Below, one piece after another: positions 57,481 through 64,000 of a stretch of DNA of 64,000 bases. This DNA comes from Bdellovibrionota bacterium (lineage in GTDB: Bacteria > Bdellovibrionota_C > UBA2361 > JAAYZI01). The stretch covers positions 928,001-992,000 of the forward strand of contig JBMNIF010000002.1 of the NCBI GenBank assembly GCA_050950765.1, given 5' to 3'. Numbering within the stretch: position 1 is the first letter of the stretch; the number at the start of each line of letters is the position of its first letter. A model generated the notes under the pieces. The model ran no database searches and was not told the DNA's origin. It saw nothing but the letters and a program-made list of their open reading frames with translations. Made by a program: the position numbers and the translations under genes.

Positions 57481-60400
57481 TTAGTTATTTACTACCTTGA
57501 TAGCTATTGTTACAGCGCTACCCTCAATATCCAATTCTTTAGTGATCTGCGGATCTGTTAAACTCTCAGCAAGGTTTACACAAAGAGTTTCTGATTTTAT
57601 GTAATCACCGTGTTTAGCTAAAACATCAGCTAAACCTTGAATGGACATCTCAATCCTATCAGTCACGTTGAAGTCACCTTCCTTACGCATCTCCTGAATT
57701 TGACGAACCAAGTCACGAGCTTTTCCTTCAGCTTCTAAATCAGGGGTGATGGTAGTGTCTAACGCTACAACAACACCTTTGATTGATTCGACCGCTAGAT
57801 CTTCATGCCCGATATAGACAACATCCATCTCATCTGCTGCTAACTGATAGTCTCCTACCGTAAATGTGCCGTCACTATTCTTCGTAAACTCTCCCTGTTT
57901 TGCTAAGGCGATGACTTTCTGCACATCACGTCCTAACTTCGGTCCAAGAATGCGTGCATTGGGAGCACCAACACATTTAGCAATCTGTTCTACATCAGCT
58001 ACGATCTCAACTGCCTTTACATTCAACTCCTCTTGAATCGATTGAGCGTGTTTTTCAAGAGAGAGAGGTCTTTCAAGAACTATCTCAACCTTATTAAGAG
58101 GTTGACGAACGCGGATCTTTTCTCTAGCACGAATAGCTAAACCAGCAGCGATGATATTACGAACTGTTTCGATATCTTTACTGAGGTCTAAGTCTATCCA
58201 ACTACTATCAACTTCCGGCCAATCTTGTAGGTGAACACTCTCTGTAAAGCCTAAACGTTGCCAGACATTCTCCGCTAAGAACGGACAGAACGGTGCTAAC
58301 ACTAAAGTTAAGCGTGATAAGACGCGGTAGATCGTTGCACAAAATGCGATCTTATCCGGATCTTGCGGATCTGGACTCCACATCCTTTGACGACTACGCC
58401 GAATGTACCAGTTGTTTAAGACATCCAAGAAATCAGGGATTAAATTCATAGCTTCATGAATGGCATAACCGTCTAACTTCTCTGTTATGCGATCAATTAA
58501 GATCTCCGTTTCAGAAAGGATAAAACGATCCAGCTCTGAAAGTTGATACTCTTCAAGTGGTTTTGTTAAGTTCTCTGAATCGATCTGATCGATCTCGGCG
58601 TAGGTTGTAAAAAATGAAAGAGCATTCCATAACGGTAAGGAGAGACGTTTTATCATATTTGATAAGCCATCATCCTTAAAACAGTGCTCGCCCATCCAGA
58701 TTACACTTGTTGATAGTAGGTAAGATCTAAAAGCATCAGCGCCGTACTTATCTAATAGCACAAGTGGATCGGTGTAGTTGTTTAAAGATTTAGATAATTT
58801 TTTACCGTCAGCAGCTAGTAACGTTCCGTGAACAAGACAGTTATGAAAAGCAGGTTTGTCAAATAATGCCGTTGATAGGACGTGCATTACATAAAACCAA
58901 CCACGTAACTGTGAAGAGTACTCAACTACAAATTGTGACGGAAAATGATCTTTAAAGAACTCCTTATTTTCAAAAGGGTAGTGCCACTGTCCGTAAGGCA
59001 TGGAACCTGATTCAAACCATCCATCAAGCACCTCTGGCACATGTCGTTTAGTACCTCCGCACTTACAAGGATACGTGATCGGATCCAACCACTCTTTATG
59101 AATATCGGGCAGATCGTGTCCCGCAATCTTCTCTAGCTCTGCGATAGATCCGTAAACATCACGCTCTTGGCAGTGATCGCACTCCCAAACTGGAATCGGT
59201 GTTGCCCAGTATCGATTGCGCGATATATTCCAATCGCGGGCGTTCTCCAACCACTTCCCAAAACGCCCGTATTTAACGGAGGCAGGATACCAATTGATCT
59301 CCTCGTTATTTTTTAACAACTTGTCTTTGATCGCCGTTACATTAAGGTACCAAGCGTCAAGTGGTTTGTAGATAAGTGGAGAGCGACAACGCCAGCAGTG
59401 TGGATAGGTGTGCTCCATCGTTTCATCACGAATGACAAGCCCCTTATCTTTTAAGAATCTGATTATTTCAGGATTCGCTTCAAAAACATTCTTACCAGCA
59501 AAATCTGTGACAGCAGGGGCTAAATTACCCTGCTCATCAACAGCAGCTACGAGCGGAATGTCGTTAGCTCGACAAACCCAGTAGTCATCCTCTCCATAAG
59601 GAGCGATGTGCACGATGCCGGTACCGTCAGTGGTTGTAACGAAATCACCGAGTAAAACTCTAAAACGTCCTGTGCCTGCTTCATCGTAATACGGAAAAAG
59701 TGGTTGATAGGTATAACCACGATCAACTAATTCTTTCCCTGAAAACTCTTCAACAACTTCAAAGCCGTCAAGCTCTTTCTTATATTTTGCAATACAATCA
59801 GAGCCCATGATGAGTTGCTCATCACCCACCTTGATAAGGGAGTATTTAACATCTGCACCAACAGCTAACGCCAAGTTTGACGGTAAAGTCCAAGGCGTGG
59901 TCGTCCAAGCAACAAAATAGGTGTTCTCCAACTCTTTTGCTTTAAACTTAACGGTGATGGTTCGATCCTGTCTCGGACGCATACTATCATCAAGTCTGGT
60001 ATCTGAAATTGAAAGAGGCGTTTGACAACGGTAGCAATACGGGCTGACACGAAAATCTTTATAAATTAACCCCTTTTTATACGCTTCTGAAAAAGCCCAG
60101 ATAACAGATTCCATAAAGGTACGATTGAGGGTGGCGTACGGGTGGTGAAAATCAACCCATCTACCGATCCGTTCGATGTATGTTTCCCAAGCTTTATTAT
60201 ACTTTGAAACGATGTTGCGGCACTCGTCATTAAAAGCCTTAATTCCAATCTTGGTTTCGATCTCTTTTTTATCGGTGATGCCGAGATTTTTTTCAGCTTG
60301 AGTTTCAATCGGTAAGCCGTGACAGTCCCAACCCCAAGCACGAGGCACGTAGTAACCACGCATGGTTTTATAACGAGGGATTAAGTCTTTTAAAATAGAT

Positions 60401-60585
60401 ACAAAGAGTGTCCCGTGATGAGGATTGCCTGTCGGAAATGGAGGCCCATCATAAAAAACAAACTCCTCCTTGCCCTTATTCCGCTCCAGAGATGCTTCAA
60501 AAGTTTTTTCTTCTTTCCACCTTTTCAGTACGGTCTCTTCAAGGTCGGGAAACGATGGCTGTGATTCAACCTTTTTAAATTTCAT
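57481..60585 (-). CDS. ileS: Isoleucine-tRNA ligase, type 2 (eukaryote-like)
   Basis: FYDGPP, GWDCHGLP, WTTTPWTLPSN, DWNISRNRYW and KLSKS, with the long C-terminus typical of IleRS2. Confidence 0.96.
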   Translation of the reverse strand: MKFKKVESQPSFPDLEETVLKRWKEEKTFEASLERNKGKEEFVFYDGPPFPTGNPHHGTLFVSILKDLIPRYKTMRGYYVPRAWGWDCHGLPIETQAEKNLGITDKKEIETKIGIKAFNDECRNIVSKYNKAWETYIERIGRWVDFHHPYATLNRTFMESVIWAFSEAYKKGLIYKDFRVSPYCYRCQTPLSISDTRLDDSMRPRQDRTITVKFKAKELENTYFVAWTTTPWTLPSNLALAVGADVKYSLIKVGDEQLIMGSDCIAKYKKELDGFEVVEEFSGKELVDRGYTYQPLFPYYDEAGTGRFRVLLGDFVTTTDGTGIVHIAPYGEDDYWVCRANDIPLVAAVDEQGNLAPAVTDFAGKNVFEANPEIIRFLKDKGLVIRDETMEHTYPHCWRCRSPLIYKPLDAWYLNVTAIKDKLLKNNEEINWYPASVKYGRFGKWLENARDWNISRNRYWATPIPVWECDHCQERDVYGSIAELEKIAGHDLPDIHKEWLDPITYPCKCGGTKRHVPEVLDGWFESGSMPYGQWHYPFENKEFFKDHFPSQFVVEYSSQLRGWFYVMHVLSTALFDKPAFHNCLVHGTLLAADGKKLSKSLNNYTDPLVLLDKYGADAFRSYLLSTSVIWMGEHCFKDDGLSNMIKRLSLPLWNALSFFTTYAEIDQIDSENLTKPLEEYQLSELDRFILSETEILIDRITEKLDGYAIHEAMNLIPDFLDVLNNWYIRRSRQRMWSPDPQDPDKIAFCATIYRVLSRLTLVLAPFCPFLAENVWQRLGFTESVHLQDWPEVDSSWIDLDLSKDIETVRNIIAAGLAIRAREKIRVRQPLNKVEIVLERPLSLEKHAQSIQEELNVKAVEIVADVEQIAKCVGAPNARILGPKLGRDVQKVIALAKQGEFTKNSDGTFTVGDYQLAADEMDVVYIGHEDLAVESIKGVVVALDTTITPDLEAEGKARDLVRQIQEMRKEGDFNVTDRIEMSIQGLADVLAKHGDYIKSETLCVNLAESLTDPQITKELDIEGSAVTIAIKVVNN

Positions 60586-61004
60586 TTTTTAAGTTCCTAA
60601 AATCAGGTAACCGCTTAGAGATATCTTTGACACCGTTTGTGTGGGCAACGTCGAATAATGCTCTAAAACAGTATTGAAGTTTGGAATTTTCCAAACTCAT
60701 TTAGACCTGTGTGATATCTGTGTTTTTCAGCTTGAAAACCGATCTAACGCAACACGGCGCAATATAACTGTTAAAGGTAGCAACTGCAAGCACTTGCTAA
60801 GGGGGGCAATTATTCGAAATTGTACCGTTTTTTGTAGTTATCACCTCGTCTGGTAAGGAGGTTAAGCATTAAAAGATCGGCTATTTTCTTAATACTGACG
60901 CAACTGTAACGAGCTTAAAACAACGCCTCATAACGTACCGATGCTGCACGGATTGCTGTCGATTTTCTTAGTCATTATAGCCGCCGCATAACAGTAGTGA
61001 TCGA

Positions 61005-61033
61005 TTGACAATGCCCGCCAAGCATTGTATTAC
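61005..61033 (+). promoter_or_regulatory. Putative sigma70 promoter of the polysaccharide genes
   Basis: TTGACA-17 bp-TATTAC, overlapped by the palindrome CAATGC-N7-GCATTG. Confidence 0.5.
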
Positions 61034-61131
61034 GCATTGAAATTATTAGAAATAACATTAGATCGCTGGTCTTACCGACAGGTTTAAGAGGTCGTTGCCT
61101 GTTAATTGATGCTCTAAGTGGGGAAGTCGAT

Positions 61132-62109
61132 ATGGATGAATATACCCCTGTGAGACTGGAGTTTGATTCCAGTCTTACCTGTAAGCTCTGTGGCTCTAAG
61201 GAAATTACAGAACTTCTTGAAGGAGTTAAAGATCCTTTAGGTCATGTGGCAGAAAGTTTTTCAATTTATAAATGTAATTCCTGTCAGGTTGCATTTACTT
61301 TTCCTGTGATTCGTAATTCTGATCTCGGGTTTCTTTACGCAGGACAATATTTTTCTGCAGCAGATGAGTTGAGTTGGGCAGAGCGGCTGTATAGAAACGA
61401 TCAATATCGGTATGATTTTAAACTATTTCGTTCTTTAGTCAGTCGTCATTCAAAAATACTTGATTATGGGTGCGGGAATGGCTCAAGAGTCAGGTATTTG
61501 TGGAGTAAGGGATACGAAAACGTAGAAGGGGTCGATAAGTACAAGCAAGGTGGTGAGGTTGTAGATCAGCGCCTTATCGGCTGTGATCCTCTACACTATT
61601 ACCCCCAAGAGAAGTATGACGTAGTGACAGTTTATCATGTTTTTGAGCATCTGCCGGACATTAAAAGTCACATTAGTCATATTCGAAAGAACTTGTTGTT
61701 GCCGGATGGTCTTTTAGTTGTGCAAGTTCCGAACTTTGATTGCTGGCAACGAAGGTATGGTGGGTCATCTTGGGTAGTGCTTGATGTTCCTAGGCATTAT
61801 TGGCATTTTAATCAGAAGAGCCTAACCACTCTTTTACTCCAGCAAGACTTTAAGATTATTAAGACGGTAGCGAGGAATTCTATTTTTCATCCAACCTCCA
61901 TTTTAAGTACGGTTTTTGGATATGATATTCGAACGCAGTGGCGAAATGGCAACAAATCGCCACTCAGGTTGCAGGTGGAATTTCTTTTTTTACACCTATT
62001 AGCTACCCCTTTGGTTTTTCTCGAGAATATTTGCCAAAATAGTTCGATACTAAACGTAGTTGCTAGAAACAGTGCGACAGGTTTTGTGGGGGAGGAGATC
62101 AAGCGGTGA
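61132..62109 (+). CDS. Class I SAM-dependent methyltransferase (polysaccharide locus)
   Basis: CxxC..CxxC, ILDYGCGNG, HVFEHL, VPN and PRHYWHF. Confidence 0.85.
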   Translation: MDEYTPVRLEFDSSLTCKLCGSKEITELLEGVKDPLGHVAESFSIYKCNSCQVAFTFPVIRNSDLGFLYAGQYFSAADELSWAERLYRNDQYRYDFKLFRSLVSRHSKILDYGCGNGSRVRYLWSKGYENVEGVDKYKQGGEVVDQRLIGCDPLHYYPQEKYDVVTVYHVFEHLPDIKSHISHIRKNLLLPDGLLVVQVPNFDCWQRRYGGSSWVVLDVPRHYWHFNQKSLTTLLLQQDFKIIKTVARNSIFHPTSILSTVFGYDIRTQWRNGNKSPLRLQVEFLFLHLLATPLVFLENICQNSSILNVVARNSATGFVGEEIKR

Positions 62110-62891
62110 AAATTTCTGTAGTTACACCAGTTCTAAATGGTGAGCGCTTTCTTGCTCAAACGATTGAAAGTGTTCTTGGACAGCAGGGAGATTTTGAACT
62201 TGAGTATATTATTCGTGATGGTGGTTCTACTGATAATACCTTAGCGATTGCTAAAAGTTATGCTGGGGATCCTCGGGTAACAGTCATATCTGAGAGGGAT
62301 CAATCAAATTACGATGCTATTGATAAAGCAATGGCGCTGGTGACTGGTGATATTGGTTGTTGGATTAATGCTGATGATTATTACGAACCTGGGACCTTTA
62401 AAAAGGTGATAGAGGCTTTTCGCAGGTCTCCTGAGCGAATGTGGTTGTATGGGCGTTGTGACATTATTGATGAAAACAACAAAGAGATTCGAAAGTTAAT
62501 CACCTTTTATAAAAACATACTGGGTTGGTTTTACAGTTACAGACTTTTGTTGTGCGAGAATTATATTAATCAGCCAGCAACTTTTTGGAAAATGGATCTC
62601 TGGCGAGAGGTTGGTGGGCTTTCAATGCAATATCGTATAGCAGCTGATTACCATCTTTGGCTAAAGATGGCGCAGCGTTCATCTGCTATCAGTGTTCACG
62701 ATTGTCTGGCGCATTTTCGACGGTGTGGACAGTCGATTAGTGACAATCACTTTGAAAGGCAGTTTTCCGAGGAATTGAAGATTGCCGCCGAATATGGTGG
62801 ATGGTTAGTACGACTAATTCATCGTTTTAACAGTTGGAAAACTGTAACGGTTTACAGATTATTAAGATGGAAGAAAAGAAACGTATCTTAA
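62106..62891 (+). CDS. Glycosyltransferase family 2
   Basis: KISVVTP, DGGSTD, WINADD, QPATF and ADYHLWL. Confidence 0.9.
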   Translation: MKISVVTPVLNGERFLAQTIESVLGQQGDFELEYIIRDGGSTDNTLAIAKSYAGDPRVTVISERDQSNYDAIDKAMALVTGDIGCWINADDYYEPGTFKKVIEAFRRSPERMWLYGRCDIIDENNKEIRKLITFYKNILGWFYSYRLLLCENYINQPATFWKMDLWREVGGLSMQYRIAADYHLWLKMAQRSSAISVHDCLAHFRRCGQSISDNHFERQFSEELKIAAEYGGWLVRLIHRFNSWKTVTVYRLLRWKKRNVS

Positions 62892-63841
62892 TTACTGGCG
62901 GGAGTGGATTCATCGGGACTAATCTTGTTGAATTCTATCTTGAAAAGGGTTGGGATGTCCTTAGTCTTGATAGCGCATCGCCACGTAATGAAAAGCACAA
63001 AATCTGTTTCAGACAAGTTGATATTCTTAATCGACAAGATTTGCTTCAGGCGTTTAAGGATTTTAATCCACACTATTTGGTTCATCTTGCGGCTCGTACC
63101 GATCTCGATGAGACTAAAGACTTACACGGTTATGACAGTAATATGCAGGGAGTTAGTAACGTTTTAGAAGCATGCAATTCCTGTCATTTGTTGGAACGAG
63201 CAATATTTGCGTCCAGTATGTTGGTATGTCGTTTTGGCTACATTCCGAAAAATGATGACGATTATGCTCCAAATACCCTTTATGGTGAGAGTAAGGTTGT
63301 AACAGAAAAGATTATAAAAGAATCACCTCCATCTTGTTCATGGCTGATTGTCAGACCAACTTCAATATGGGGTCCATGGTTTGGGGTTCCTTACAGGAGC
63401 TTTTTTGAGTGTGTGATAAAAGGGATATTCGTGCATCCTGGTAAACGTGCCGGAACTGCCACTTATGGTTATATTGGTAATACTGTTTGCCAGATTGATG
63501 CCTTGCTGCAGGCAGAGGATGAGAAGGTGCGGGGGAAGATTTTTTATTTGGGGGATGAGCCAGCTAATAATTTATCTGAATGGGCTGATGAGATCGCTTC
63601 GGTAGCTTCCCGAAGGTTATTAAGAATTCCTTATGGCTTGATGCGTGTGGCTGCGTTAGTGGGGGATCTCCTTGGAATGGTGGGAATAACGGCTCCTTTA
63701 ACCTCCTTTCGGTTGCGGAATATGACCTCTGACAATAGCCTTGATTTATCAAAAACGGTTGAAGTAACAGGGAGTCCCCTCTATTCGCGTGTTGAGGGTG
63801 TAAGAAAGACGATTAAATGGCTGCAGGAGGAGTCTGTATAG
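62867..63841 (+). CDS. NAD-dependent epimerase/dehydratase
   Basis: ITGGSGFIG, VHLAA and YGESK. Confidence 0.9.
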   Translation: MEEKKRILITGGSGFIGTNLVEFYLEKGWDVLSLDSASPRNEKHKICFRQVDILNRQDLLQAFKDFNPHYLVHLAARTDLDETKDLHGYDSNMQGVSNVLEACNSCHLLERAIFASSMLVCRFGYIPKNDDDYAPNTLYGESKVVTEKIIKESPPSCSWLIVRPTSIWGPWFGVPYRSFFECVIKGIFVHPGKRAGTATYGYIGNTVCQIDALLQAEDEKVRGKIFYLGDEPANNLSEWADEIASVASRRLLRIPYGLMRVAALVGDLLGMVGITAPLTSFRLRNMTSDNSLDLSKTVEVTGSPLYSRVEGVRKTIKWLQEESV

Positions 63842-63842
63842 G

Positions 63843-64000
63843 CTATAGTTTTGTAAGATTGAAGGGGGTTGATGCAGCGAAGTCAAAACACTCAAGAAAT
63901 TCGTCCCAATCTTTGGGCTGCTTTATCATTCTGTCGATGTTAAATTGTAGTTTACTTTTCCAAGAAGTGCCTTTTGGATTATACTTAAAAAACTCAACAC
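63843..64000 (-). pseudogene. Possible truncated relaxase/mobilisation protein fragment (window edge)
   Basis: The frame reads KGTSWKSKLQFNIDRMIKQPKDWDEFL, recalled as similar to Firmicutes relaxase proteins, then stops. Confidence 0.35.

Noticed and set aside
60600..61000. T-box or riboswitch upstream of ileS
   Set aside because: No T-box consensus or recognisable riboswitch seen, only a short hairpin near 60677-60698.

Overview
Bacterial chromosomal window of about 40% GC (estimated by eye). The gene content loosely suggests a Bdellovibrionota/deltaproteobacteria-like lineage, which is an uncertain inference. Housekeeping genes include tatA, rlmB, scpA-scpB-rluB, panB, smpB, tmRNA, tRNA-fMet, tRNA-Arg(UCG), aspS, psd, bTHX, pfkA and a type 2 ileS. 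Accessory DNA includes two type II restriction-modification loci (one REase is inactivated by an IS3 insertion plus a nonsense codon), two apparently identical inverted IS1634-like elements (one splits an NhaP-type antiporter) and the start of a surface-polysaccharide locus. Three things stand out. (1) The dcw cluster keeps intact membrane-step enzymes (FtsI, MraY, FtsW, MurG) but has no murE, murD or murC, and its only Mur-ligase homologue is a long MurF-like ORF missing the catalytic motifs. (2) An orphan TraF/TraH/TraG-like operon has no other conjugation genes in view. (3) Co-oriented mosaic repeat arrays are built from a GAAGGGTGGCACCAAATTT core joined by a small vocabulary of fixed-length modules, and they encroach on gene ends. 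All protein calls come from motif recognition by eye; no database searches were run.
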